NCBI GenBank assembly: GCA_040220235.1
Contig: JAVJTO010000145.1
Strand: one strand, 5' to 3'
Source of the DNA: Coleofasciculus sp. B1-GNL1-01
GTDB lineage: Bacteria > Cyanobacteriota > Cyanobacteriia > Cyanobacteriales > Coleofasciculaceae
DNA length: 48,276 bases
The notes under the pieces are model-generated. The model was not told the DNA's origin. It saw only the letters and a list, made by a program, of their open reading frames with translations, and searched no databases. Positions 9,581 to 19,019 of the stretch are shown one piece after another (the first letter of the stretch is position 1; every line of letters begins with the position of its first letter). The position numbers were made by a program, and so were the translations under genes.

Positions 9581-9792
9581 TATAGAGCTACGCGAAGCGG
9601 GAATAGGGAATGGAGAATAGGGAATAGGGAATGGGGAATAGGGAATGGAGAATAGGGAATAGGGAATGGGGAATGGGGAATAGGGAATGGGGAATAGGGA
9701 ATGGGGAATAGGGAAGAAAAAAGCTTGTTCCTCAAGGGATTGATCGATTTTAGTTTTTCTGTTATGTCCTAACCTTAATGCGTAGTGCTATA
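9581..9792. mobile_element. MITE-like element (TATAG-type ends) filled with STRR heptamers GGGAATA/GGGAATG
   Basis: Imperfect terminal inverted repeats TATAGAGCTACGC / GCGTAGTGCTATA flank a long heptamer tract (~9599-9715). Confidence 0.7.
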
Positions 9793-9849
9793 TATTTAAA
9801 TTTCCTCAAGCTTCGACTCTGCTAAATTGAGTGAATATCACAGAATTTT

Positions 9850-9865
9850 TGTGATATATGTCACT
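9850..9865. promoter_or_regulatory. Putative CRP (SyCrp1-type) binding site
   Basis: TGTGA-TATATG-TCACT, one mismatch from TGTGA-N6-TCACA, in the region upstream of the kinase operon. Confidence 0.55.
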
Positions 9866-11472
9866 GTAAAGCCCTTCACCTAGCTCTGTATTATATTCAA
9901 CCAGAAGGAGTATTTTTTTAGACAAAGACTAGACAATAGTTAGGCTAGAACAGTTTCCTCCAGAAAAGGAGACTGGTCTGGAACCAATGGAGAACTGAGG
10001 AGGGATTTTGATTATCTTTGTCTCGTTCAGTTTCACCCGATTGGATGAGGCAGAAATTTAAACAACTATAAATCATAAAGTCAATAACAAGAGACGATTT
10101 AATTTACACCTACCTGATAGATAGCCATAGTCATGGCTCAAGCCGATTCTTTTCATCTATCCCTAGCTATCTAAGTTTAGGGCAATTTTCAGGCTGTTTA
10201 TAATTAGAGTTTATGAAATGTAAATCTGATCCGAGCAGCGATCACCAACACATTCAATCCCTGAGGCGATCCCTAAATCACCATATTGAAAAACGGGTAA
10301 AAGAACGCACCATCGAATTAGAACGCCAGAACCAAAAACTGACTCAAGAGATAAAAAAATACCAAACTCTTGCAGCAAAACTGCGTAACGCCAAAGATGC
10401 GGCTGAATCCGCCAACCGGACTAAAAGTGAATTTCTGGCAAATATTAGCCATGAACTCCGCACCCCCCTCAATGCGATTCTGGGATTTACCCAACTCTTA
10501 TACAACCGGGAGAAACTTACACTCCAGCAACGGGACTATTTAAGCATCATTAACCAATCCAGTGAGCATTTGTTGGCATTAATTAACGATATTTTATGCC
10601 TATCCAAAATCGAAGCAGGTTGTATGACGATTAATGATAAAAACTTCGATTTATATCATTTGCTGGATACTCTCAGGCAAATGTTTCACTTAAAAACCAA
10701 GGACAAAGGATTAAAACTGCTGATTCAATGGACGGACGCCATTCCCCAATATATCCAAACCGATGAAAACAAATTACGCCAAATTCTAATTAACCTCCTC
10801 GACAATGCGATTAAATTTACGCCTCAAGGTCAAGTGACACTGACTCTGGAAAAATCCCCCCATTCCCCGACGTTACTATTCTCAATCAGGGACACCGGAT
10901 TCGGAATTGCGCCAGAGGAACTTGACCGATTATTTGATCCATTTCGGCAAACCCAAACCGGGAAAAACACGCCGTCGGGGACAGGATTAGGGTTAGCCAT
11001 TAGCCGCCGCTTTGTACAACTGATGGGCGGAGAAATGACGGTGCAAAGTGTCGTGAATCAAGGTACAACGTTTACCTTTAGTCTTCCCATCCAGGTAGTT
11101 CCCAGTTGTGACGATTCGCCTCCAGTTTCACCGAAACGAGTGATTGGGATCATCGACAATCAACCGCCGCCTCGTATTTTAATTGCTGACGATAGTCCCA
11201 GTAATCGCCAACTTTTGATGCAACTACTAACCCCAATCGGATTTGAGATACAAGTCGCCGAAAATGGTCAACAAGCTGTAGCCGCCTGGGAACGTTGGCA
11301 ACCGCATCTCATTTGGATGGATATGCGGATGCCTGTGATGGATGGTTACGAAGCCACCTAAATCGCGAGGGGCTACGGCTTCAACCGGAACGAAGTGGAG
11401 GTAAGCCGTAGGGGGAGAGCGGGAAAGACGAGGGCTAAACGCCCGAAGTATTTCCAGTTATTGCCCGCTAAG

Positions 11473-11481
11473 TGGTATAAT
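11473..11481 (+). promoter_or_regulatory. Extended -10 promoter of tnpB, probably giving a leaderless mRNA
   Basis: TGGTATAAT lies 7 nt before ATG 11489; no SD sequence. Confidence 0.7.
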
Positions 11482-11488
11482 AGCAGCC

Positions 11489-12709
11489 ATGAAACAAGTC
11501 CTCACGATAGTTGTAAAGCTTCAACCCTCCCCTGAGCAGGTGGCCTTCTTAGAGGCAACTCTTCAGGCGTTTGCGGATGCTTGCAACTACGTCAACGGAC
11601 ATACAGATCCAAAACTGACCAACAAAATTGCGATTCAATCTTTGACTTATCAAACCATTAAAAGCCAATTCAATTTGGTAGCCAATATGGCAGTCAGAGC
11701 TTGTGCAAGAGTAGCGGCTAACCGAAAGGTAGCCTTTTCAAAAGGCAAGCCTGTTAAAAAGTTTGCCTCAGGCAGTATGGACTGCGATAAGGACTTGTTT
11801 CGACTTCGTGAACACGACTGGACGGTAAGCCTTGCTACTGTTCGCGGTAGAGAGCGAGTTAAATTGAACCCAGGTAACTACCAAAGAGGAAAACTCAAAG
11901 GGAGGAACCCAACTTCATCTCAATTATGTAAGCACCGCGACGGGCAGTTCTACCTGCACATTCAGATCAAGGATACCCCTCCAGACCCAAAAAATACCGA
12001 TAAGGTAATAGGTGTCGATTTAGGGCGTCGCGACATTGCTGTTACCTCAGAGGATCAAAGGTGGGACGGTAAGCCGATTCAGTCGGTGCGAGATAAGTTT
12101 TCCTTTCTTAGAGCATCTCTCCAGAAAAAAGCCTCGAAAGGCACGAGAACAACTCGACGTAGATGTCGAGAAGTTTTGAAACGGTTGTCGGGGAGGGAGA
12201 GGCGTTACCAGCAATGGCTCAACCACAACATCTCCAAAACAGTGGTTAGACGGGCAGTTGAGTTAAGTGCCTCAATTGCTATAGAAGACTTAACAGGCAT
12301 AAGGGAAAGAACAAAAGGGCAACCAAGAAACAAGACTGAGCGCAGACGCTCAAATTCGTGGGCATTTTATCAACTACGAATGTTTATCGAGTACAAAGCG
12401 CTTGGTGTTGGTGTTCAAGTCACCCCAGTCCCCCCTGCTTATACCTCTCAGATGTGCCATAACTGCCTGCACATTCATCCCGTAAAAGGAAAGTCTTACC
12501 GTAGTGGCAAGACATTCAGGTGTGGGCATTGTGGTTGGCATGGGGATGCTGATTTCAATGGAGCCAATAATATTGCACTTGTGGGGCTGTCTATAAACCA
12601 GCCTAGAGGCACGGGGTTATCGTGCAAGTTAAACCGAACTATTGAGTATGTTCAGCTTAGCTTGTTCGATGACTTCAGGGCTACTAAAAACCCAGACCTC
12701 AGCTCTTAG
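11489..12709 (+). CDS. tnpB: TnpB RNA-guided endonuclease
   Basis: RuvC-I IGVDLG, RuvC-II IAIEDL, YTSQMCHNC..CGHC zinc finger, RuvC-III DADFNGANNI; all three catalytic acids present. Confidence 0.96.
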   Translation: MKQVLTIVVKLQPSPEQVAFLEATLQAFADACNYVNGHTDPKLTNKIAIQSLTYQTIKSQFNLVANMAVRACARVAANRKVAFSKGKPVKKFASGSMDCDKDLFRLREHDWTVSLATVRGRERVKLNPGNYQRGKLKGRNPTSSQLCKHRDGQFYLHIQIKDTPPDPKNTDKVIGVDLGRRDIAVTSEDQRWDGKPIQSVRDKFSFLRASLQKKASKGTRTTRRRCREVLKRLSGRERRYQQWLNHNISKTVVRRAVELSASIAIEDLTGIRERTKGQPRNKTERRRSNSWAFYQLRMFIEYKALGVGVQVTPVPPAYTSQMCHNCLHIHPVKGKSYRSGKTFRCGHCGWHGDADFNGANNIALVGLSINQPRGTGLSCKLNRTIEYVQLSLFDDFRATKNPDLSS

Positions 12710-12747
12710 CAGGTCTGGGTAGTTTATTCAGCAGATTAGAGCCAAGG
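12580..12747 (+). ncRNA. Predicted TnpB omegaRNA/reRNA (5' bound approximate; guide from 12728)
   Basis: Established position of reRNA overlapping the tnpB 3' end and right end; right-end hairpin visible; guide would begin TCAGCAGATTAGAGCCAAGG. Confidence 0.6.
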
Positions 12748-13185
12748 AGAAACAAACAAAACCCTTTAACTCTACCCCAGGCACCGTCATTATTGCCGTC
12801 ACCGCCAGTGCGTTTACCCAAGAACAACAGCGTTTTTTTGCCGTGGGATGTAGTGATGTAGTGATTAAACCGTTTCGGGAGGAAACCATCTTCACCAAGA
12901 TGACTGACTATTTGGGTGTACGCTATCGCTATGCGTTCACTCATTTAACATCCCCATTTGAGGAAAACACCAGTTCATTGTTGCTGACACCCGAACATTT
13001 AGCGATAATGCCAAATGAGTGGACTATGCAACTTCATCAAGCCGCTAGCAGTCTTGATCATGAACTCATGAACCAACTCATTGAACAAATTCCACCGTCT
13101 AACGTTCCCTTAGCGGAAACCCTTAGGGATTTGGTGAATGAGTTTCGGTTTGACACTTTAATGAATCTGACGCAACCCTTTTACC

Positions 13186-14427
13186 ATGAGTAACCTAAAG
13201 AATCCCGGCTATGTCTTAATTGTTGACGATCAGCCCAACAATCTACGTCTGTTATCGACAACTCTAACCGAGGCAGGATATCGGGTAAGAAATGCCATTA
13301 GTGGCAAAATGGCATTAATGGGGATTGAAAAAGCGTTGCCGCAGCTTATTTTGCTGGATATTATGATGCCACAAATGAATGGGTATGAACTGTGCCAGCA
13401 CTTAAAATCCGATGAACGCACCCAGCATATTCCGATCATTTTTTTGAGCGCGTTGGATAATGAATGGGATAAAGTCAAAGCCTTTGAGGTAGGGGGAACC
13501 GATTATATTACCAAGCCCTTTCATGTGAAAGAAGTGTTATCGCGGGTGAATAATCAACTGATGGTTGTTCGCCAGCAAGAGCAAATTGTTGATCAAAATC
13601 GGCAATTGCAGTACCAAAATCAACAACTTCAGCAGCTTAACGCCGAGCTAATCCGCTCGAATCAAGACTTGGAAGAATTTGCTCGCATCGCCTCTCATGA
13701 TTTGCGATCGCCCCTGCAAACGATGAAAGCGTTTGGTCAGCTTTTTTGCCAAAAATACCAGAGTTTGTTGGATGATAAAGCCGCTCACTACATGAATCGA
13801 ATTTTAGAAGCAGGCGATCACATGGAACAGCTAATTCAAGATTTGCTGAACTATTCACGAGTCGAGACTCAGGGGGAAGAATTTGAACCCACCGACTGTA
13901 ATCAGGTGGTTGAGTCTGTTTTGGCGAATTTAGACAGTGTAATTCAAGGGCAGGGTGCTGTGATTATCTGCGAACATTTACCCATCGTCATGGCAGATGG
14001 CATCCAACTTGTACAACTGTTTCAAAACTTAATCAGTAATGCCCTCAAATTTTGCTCCCCGGAGGTTGCACCGGAGATTAAAATTGCGGCAGAATTGCGC
14101 CAAACAACGTCTTCATTAAGTGATGACTCCGCTAGGGTGTTGCCGAGTACGCCAGAACCCACTGAGGTGAATGAATGGGTGTTTCGGGTTGAGGATAATG
14201 GGATTGGTATGGAAGCGGCGTATTTTGAACGAATTTTTAAGGTATTCCAACGTCTACACACCAATGAAGAATATCCAGGTACAGGAATTGGTTTATCGAT
14301 TTGTCAGAAAATTGTGGAACATCACGGCGGACAAATTTGGGTTGAATCATCTCCGGGAGTCGGAACAACCTTTTATTTCACGATTCCGGCGTTATTAACT
14401 CCGGAGGCGGGGAAACAGGGGGAGTAG
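13186..14427 (+). CDS. REC-HisKA-HATPase hybrid histidine kinase
   Basis: VLIVDD, LLDIMMP, DYITKPF; ASHDLRSPL; QLFQNLISNALKF; GTGIGLSIC; overlaps upstream gene by 8 nt. Confidence 0.94.
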   Translation: MSNLKNPGYVLIVDDQPNNLRLLSTTLTEAGYRVRNAISGKMALMGIEKALPQLILLDIMMPQMNGYELCQHLKSDERTQHIPIIFLSALDNEWDKVKAFEVGGTDYITKPFHVKEVLSRVNNQLMVVRQQEQIVDQNRQLQYQNQQLQQLNAELIRSNQDLEEFARIASHDLRSPLQTMKAFGQLFCQKYQSLLDDKAAHYMNRILEAGDHMEQLIQDLLNYSRVETQGEEFEPTDCNQVVESVLANLDSVIQGQGAVIICEHLPIVMADGIQLVQLFQNLISNALKFCSPEVAPEIKIAAELRQTTSSLSDDSARVLPSTPEPTEVNEWVFRVEDNGIGMEAAYFERIFKVFQRLHTNEEYPGTGIGLSICQKIVEHHGGQIWVESSPGVGTTFYFTIPALLTPEAGKQGE

Positions 14428-14718
14428 GTAGGGTGCTGCTGAATACGTGTTGGGGTGAGGGGGAGCTGGGGAAGCTGGGGAAGCTGGGGGAGCAAGGGTA
14501 CATTTTTCCTGAGCAAGGTGATGCCATACAATGCTACCCGATTTCCTTGAATCAAACCCTCTGTCAATAAAGCTCAAAGTATTGATGGTTAAGGGTTGTT
14601 GTGTTCCTTACCGAGAAGCCCCACACCCCATACCCCACACCCTGCTTACCTTTGACGGGAGCTTGTCACCCCTTCAGACGATATACACTAGAACAATAAA
14701 CCCGTTTCCGACAAGCCG

Positions 14719-15477
14719 ATGATTCAGCGGTTTTGGCAGTGGCTAATGCGGCTAATTCAGCCAATCTTACCGCCCTTTCTCAAACCCCAAAAATACAGGC
14801 GGCTTCAAAAACGCCTCAGTGATGCAGAGTATCAGCAGCTATTTCGCCAACTGTTGATTGGGGTGAATCAGGGATGGAATCGGGAACAAATCCTGCAACA
14901 TTTAGGATATCAGAGCAGCGATCGCTATTTTAAACTGTGGCTGTATGACTATGGACAGCAGTTGCGGCAATTGCCAGAAGCGGATCATCAGTTGGCTTGG
15001 CAGTTATTGCAGATGAGTGGCGTCGGCTGTGGAGAATTAGGGGAAATTGCCGCAGAAATTGGCAAGGATTTATTGGCAAAACCCGCCAGGAAAGGGGAAG
15101 CCTATCCAGAAGAAACGGGAGACGCGGATCAGGGCGAAACTGCCGCAAGTGATGCCGCCGAAACCTGGTTAAATCAAGGGAAACAGCAACTCGCCGATCA
15201 GGATTTTCTGGGTGCGATCGCGTCGTTTGATCAGGCGATTCAATGCCAACCCGACTACACCGAAGCCTGGAATAATCGGGGGTTAGCCTTGGGGAACCTG
15301 GGAGACTATAAAGGTGCGATCGCATCCTATGAGAAAGCGATTCAATTTAAACCAGATTACCAATTAGCCTGGTACAACTGGGGTGTGGCGATGGATAAGT
15401 TAAAAGAAAAAGAAAGCGCGATCGCACCGATTGAATCATCCCCAGACGCCAAGAGTATCCGAGATCCCACAAACTAA
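14719..15477 (+). CDS. Tetratricopeptide repeat protein
   Basis: C-terminal TPRs (AIASFDQAIQCQPDYTEAWNNRGLALGNLG). Confidence 0.85.
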   Translation: MIQRFWQWLMRLIQPILPPFLKPQKYRRLQKRLSDAEYQQLFRQLLIGVNQGWNREQILQHLGYQSSDRYFKLWLYDYGQQLRQLPEADHQLAWQLLQMSGVGCGELGEIAAEIGKDLLAKPARKGEAYPEETGDADQGETAASDAAETWLNQGKQQLADQDFLGAIASFDQAIQCQPDYTEAWNNRGLALGNLGDYKGAIASYEKAIQFKPDYQLAWYNWGVAMDKLKEKESAIAPIESSPDAKSIRDPTN

Positions 15478-15633
15478 CCCAGCTAATTTGGTGAAATAGA
15501 TTTGGTTCGTAGTGAGGGCTTTAGCCCTCTCCAGCTAGGCGTTAAAGCACTCTTCGTGCTTACTACAAACAAAGTCCTATTTTAACCCGATCACGCCACT
15601 ACAGTTTTGATAATTTGTCTGGTTGCAAATTGT

Positions 15634-15683
15634 ATTTTTTTAACGCAGAGGACGCAGAGGTTAACGCAGAGGTTCGCAGAGGG
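15634..15683. repeat. CGCAGAGG tandem repeat element; inverted copy at ~44528-44577
   Basis: TTTTTTAACGCAGAGGACGCAGAGGTTAACGCAGAGGTTCGCAGAGGG resembles the reverse complement of (CCTCTGCGTT)n-AAAAAAT. Confidence 0.75.
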
Positions 15684-15718
15684 ATTGAGGGGTAGGTGTC
15701 TCCATTCTTCGTTCCCTG

Positions 15719-16912
15719 TCAAACCAAAGATGCCAAGGTTGTACAAAATCGCTCAACTTCGGCTTCGGTGTTGTAATAATGAACAGAAGCCCTTAGCACT
15801 GATGTCAATCCGCGTGCGTCCATATCTAATCGCGTGCCTTGGGCGGAAGAAACCGATAGATTAATCTTTTTTTCACTCAGTAACTGCTTAATTTCACTGG
15901 GTTCTTTCTCCTCAACCGTAAAGCTAACAATCCCGCATTTTTTCTGCCCTAAATCCTGAAGCTTTACCCCATCCATATCACTCAGTTGGTCACGCAATCT
16001 GTCCGCCAAATGACGAATCCGATGTTCAATCGCTGCCAGTCCCCAACTTAAGGCATAATCAACCGCAACCCCTAACCCAATTTTCCCAGCATAGTTGGTT
16101 TCCCAATTTTCAAACCGACGGGCATCGGCACGAATTCTAAATGTATCTTTACTCGCCCATTCAGCAGCCTGCATATCCAAAAAGGGCGGTTCTAATTGCT
16201 CAATCACCCCTTCTCTGACATACAAAAATCCCGTACCTCTGGGTCCGCGTAAATATTTACGTCCCGTCGCTGAGAGCATATCGCAGCCAATTTCATTTAC
16301 ATTAATTGGCATTTGTCCCACAGATTGACAGGCGTCGAGTAAATATAAAATCCCCGCATCTTTTGCCACGTTTCCCACGTCCACGGCTGGGTTAACTAAT
16401 CCCCCATTCGTGGCGACATGGGTAATCGCAATTAACTTCACCCGCTCATCAATCGCTTGGCGTAATTTAGGAATAGAAATTTGCCCAAACTCATCATTGG
16501 GAATCACCTCAATGGTTGCCCCTGTCTTCCGAGCAACTTGCAGAAAGGCAATGAAATTACTACCATATTCCGATACCCCGGTAAGAATGCGATCGCCTTT
16601 TTTCAGAGGTACGCTATAAAACCCCATATCCCAGGCTCTAGTGGCATTCTCAATCAGGGCAATTTCCTGGCGCTGACAGCCTAACAGCGTCGCCACGGCA
16701 TCATATACCCGTTCCACTGCCTCAACTTGTTGTGCCGCCGCTTCATAGCCACCAATTTGGGCTTCTAACTGTAAATGTCCGACAACGGCATCTAAAACCA
16801 ACTGCGGCATTAATGCTGCACCCGCATTATTGAAATGTAAAACAGTCTCACAGCCCGGTGTGTCTTGACGGGCGCGTTGCCAATTTAATCTTAAATCCCG
16901 ACTCTTCCCCAT
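15719..16912 (-). CDS. Class V PLP-dependent aminotransferase-fold enzyme (C-S lyase/EgtE-like)
   Basis: HFNNAGAA, LDACQSVG, SATGRKYLRGP (PLP lysine), RASVHYYNT; no SufS/IscS catalytic Cys loop visible. Confidence 0.88.
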   Translation of the reverse strand: MGKSRDLRLNWQRARQDTPGCETVLHFNNAGAALMPQLVLDAVVGHLQLEAQIGGYEAAAQQVEAVERVYDAVATLLGCQRQEIALIENATRAWDMGFYSVPLKKGDRILTGVSEYGSNFIAFLQVARKTGATIEVIPNDEFGQISIPKLRQAIDERVKLIAITHVATNGGLVNPAVDVGNVAKDAGILYLLDACQSVGQMPINVNEIGCDMLSATGRKYLRGPRGTGFLYVREGVIEQLEPPFLDMQAAEWASKDTFRIRADARRFENWETNYAGKIGLGVAVDYALSWGLAAIEHRIRHLADRLRDQLSDMDGVKLQDLGQKKCGIVSFTVEEKEPSEIKQLLSEKKINLSVSSAQGTRLDMDARGLTSVLRASVHYYNTEAEVERFCTTLASLV

Positions 16913-17001
16913 TGCCTATTCCCTATTCCCTATTGCCCATTGCCTATTACCCATTGCCCATTGCCTATTACCCATTGCCCATTCCCCATTGCCCATTGCC
17001 C
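16905..17001. repeat. STRR heptamer tract (CCCATTG/CCTATTC variants)
   Basis: Tandem degenerate 7-mers between divergent genes. Confidence 0.9.
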
Positions 17002-17018
17002 TGTTGTCCGACTATTTA

Positions 17019-17110
17019 TGTTACCTTGGAAAGGTTGTCAAAAATCGCACATTCAGGATTTCGGGTGTTTCCCTAAAGAAATCCGCCTGAATGGAGGATA
17101 AACCCGAATA
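17019..17110 (+). promoter_or_regulatory. rpsB extended -10 promoter and S2 autoregulatory leader (t44-like)
   Basis: TGTTACCTT; leader stem ATTCAGG..CCTGAAT with GGGTG and TGGAGGATAAACCC motifs typical of rpsB leaders. Confidence 0.7.
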
Positions 17111-17127
17111 AGGAGTTTAAATTAATT

Positions 17128-17952
17128 ATGCCAGTCGTCTCTTTGGCTCAAATGATGGAAGCCGGGGTTCACTTTGGTCACCAGACCCGTCGCTGGAATC
17201 CTCGCATGGATCAGTACATTTATACTGCCCGGAATGGCGTTCATATCATTGACTTGGTGCAAACCGCCCAGTTAATGGAAGAAGCCTACAGCTATATGCG
17301 AACCGCCGCCGAACAAGGGAAGCGCTGTCTGTTTGTCGGTACCAAGCGCCAAGCCGCCGGAATTATTGCCCAAGAAGCCAGTCGTTGTGGCGCATACTAC
17401 GTCAACCAACGCTGGTTGGGAGGAATGTTAACCAACTGGGAAACCATCAAAGGGCGGGTTGAACGACTCAAAGAACTGGAACGCCGGGAAGAAAGTGGTG
17501 CCCTTGACCTCTTGCCGAAAAAAGAAGCCGCCGTACTGCGCCGGGAATTAGGCAAGCTACAAAAATATCTGGGTGGCATCAAAATGATGCGGCGCATCCC
17601 CGACATTGTGGTCATTATTGACCAGCGCCGGGAATACAATGCCATCAAAGAATGTGAAAAACTCAGCATTCCCGTCGTCTCGATGCTGGATACCAATTGT
17701 GACCCGGATGTGGTGGATATTCCGATTCCCGCTAATGACGATGCGATTCGGTCGATTAAACTCATCATTGGTAAATTAGCCGATGCCATCTATGAAGGGC
17801 GTCACGGGGAACTGGAGACAGAGGACGAGCAAGAGTTTGCCGAAGCCATCGAGGAGATGGAAGACGAATACAGCGAGGAAGATATGGACTCCTTTGACTC
17901 AGACGAGGAAAGCGAGGAGAGTGGCGAGGAAGGCGAGGACAGTGAAGAATAA
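17128..17952 (+). CDS. rpsB: 30S ribosomal protein S2
   Basis: [42 protein letters not shown]. Confidence 0.99.
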   Translation: MPVVSLAQMMEAGVHFGHQTRRWNPRMDQYIYTARNGVHIIDLVQTAQLMEEAYSYMRTAAEQGKRCLFVGTKRQAAGIIAQEASRCGAYYVNQRWLGGMLTNWETIKGRVERLKELERREESGALDLLPKKEAAVLRRELGKLQKYLGGIKMMRRIPDIVVIIDQRREYNAIKECEKLSIPVVSMLDTNCDPDVVDIPIPANDDAIRSIKLIIGKLADAIYEGRHGELETEDEQEFAEAIEEMEDEYSEEDMDSFDSDEESEESGEEGEDSEE

Positions 17953-18040
17953 GCGGCGATTTCCAGCTCACCCGATACACTGGGGTTATCTGTCCGTTGT
18001 CCATTGACACCGACAAAAACAAAGGAGGAATAAAGGCAAG

Positions 18041-18664
18041 ATGGCGGAAATATCAGCAAAACTCGTCAAAGAGTTACGGGAAAAAACTGGCGCAGGCATG
18101 ATGGACTGCAAAAAAGCGCTCAAAGAAAACGAGGGCGATATGAACAAAGCCATCGAATGGCTGCGTCAGAAAGGAATTGCCTCAGCTGAGAAAAAATCCG
18201 GTCGGATGGCGGCTGAAGGAATTGTGGGCAGCTATATCCACACTGGGGGACGAGTTGGTGTCTTAGTGGAAGTCAACTGCGAGACGGATTTTGTGGGTCG
18301 TCGCGAGGAATTTCAAGCCTTGGTTAAGGATATCGCCATGCAAGTGGCGGCTTGTCCGAATGTCGAGTATGTGTCGGTGGACGATATCCCCGCCGCGATT
18401 ACCCAACGGGAAAAAGAAATTGAAATGGGGCGCGATGACCTAGCCAAGAAACCGGACAATATTAAAGAGAAGATTGTTCAAGGTCGGATTGAGAAACGGT
18501 TGAAAGAATTATCATTAATGGATCAACCTTATATCCGAGATCAAAGCAAATCTGTAGAAGAGTTGGTCAAAGAAACCGTTGCGCTGTTAGGGGAAAATAT
18601 CCAGGTGCGTCGCTTTACCCGCTATGTTCTGGGTGAGGGGATTGAATCGGAATCCTCCGACTAA
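18041..18664 (+). CDS. tsf: Elongation factor Ts (short cyanobacterial type)
   Basis: [28 protein letters not shown]; follows rpsB. Confidence 0.99.
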   Translation: MAEISAKLVKELREKTGAGMMDCKKALKENEGDMNKAIEWLRQKGIASAEKKSGRMAAEGIVGSYIHTGGRVGVLVEVNCETDFVGRREEFQALVKDIAMQVAACPNVEYVSVDDIPAAITQREKEIEMGRDDLAKKPDNIKEKIVQGRIEKRLKELSLMDQPYIRDQSKSVEELVKETVALLGENIQVRRFTRYVLGEGIESESSD

Positions 18665-18878
18665 ATGTCGCGTCGAGTCAAGCCGTTTATTGTAGGGGCG
18701 CATGGCGTGCGCCCTTAATTATCGGAGAAAATTCAACTTCCGATTTAAGCAAAATACACCCAAGAACGTTAACAGTGGTGGGTTACGGCGGATAGTTGAT
18801 TAAACGGGTTCCGCCTCAATGAAAGTCCGCCTAACCCACCCTACGTTTTTTGGTTAAAAGCAGACCTATCGGGAGCAG

Positions 18879-19012
18879 TAAGTAGGTTGGTTGGTAGAAA
18901 TAAACTCAACGATGTTAAGTTATGTAAATAAACCTCAAACCTTTACAAATGACAAATGACAAATGACAAATGACGATCTCAGCCGTTAACTTTTATTGTC
19001 CCTACCTACTTA
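18879..19012. mobile_element. Complete 134-bp MITE with TAAGTAGGT/ACCTACTTA ends containing (CAAATGA)4
   Basis: 9-bp terminal inverted repeat; reverse complement of the right arm matches arms at 9463 and 41461. Confidence 0.8.
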
Positions 19013-19019
19013 GCAGATA

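Larger units (their letters stand above)
11358..12727 (+). mobile_element. IS200/IS605-family (IS1341-like, tnpA-less) element, 1370 bp
   Basis: Bounds set by restoring the host frame (1-nt ambiguity); no target duplication; left-end hairpins 11373-11411 and 11422-11455; right-end hairpin ACCCAGACCT..AGGTCTGGGT then AGTTTAT. Confidence 0.92.
10213..13193 (+). pseudogene. Hybrid sensor histidine kinase/response regulator (HisKA-HATPase-REC) split by TnpB element
   Basis: FLANISHELRTPLN H-box, N/G boxes. REC is cut at MDGYEAT and resumes in frame at 12729 as QQIRAKEK..VIIAVTASAF..VIKPF; rejoined ORF is 536 aa. Confidence 0.93.

Noticed and set aside
9499..9735. 78-aa PIPYS/PIPHS-repeat ORF, and similar ORFs at 16858-17076 and 14373-14577
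   Set aside because: Translations of STRR or 9-mer repeats, not credible genes.
11358..11488. IStron (group I intron plus TnpB) that could splice out of the kinase mRNA
   Set aside because: Only ~130 nt precede tnpB, too short for a group I core, and the element does not end in G.
12843..13193. Stand-alone 116-aa gene
   Set aside because: It is the C-terminal part of the interrupted kinase; the frame is open from 12729.
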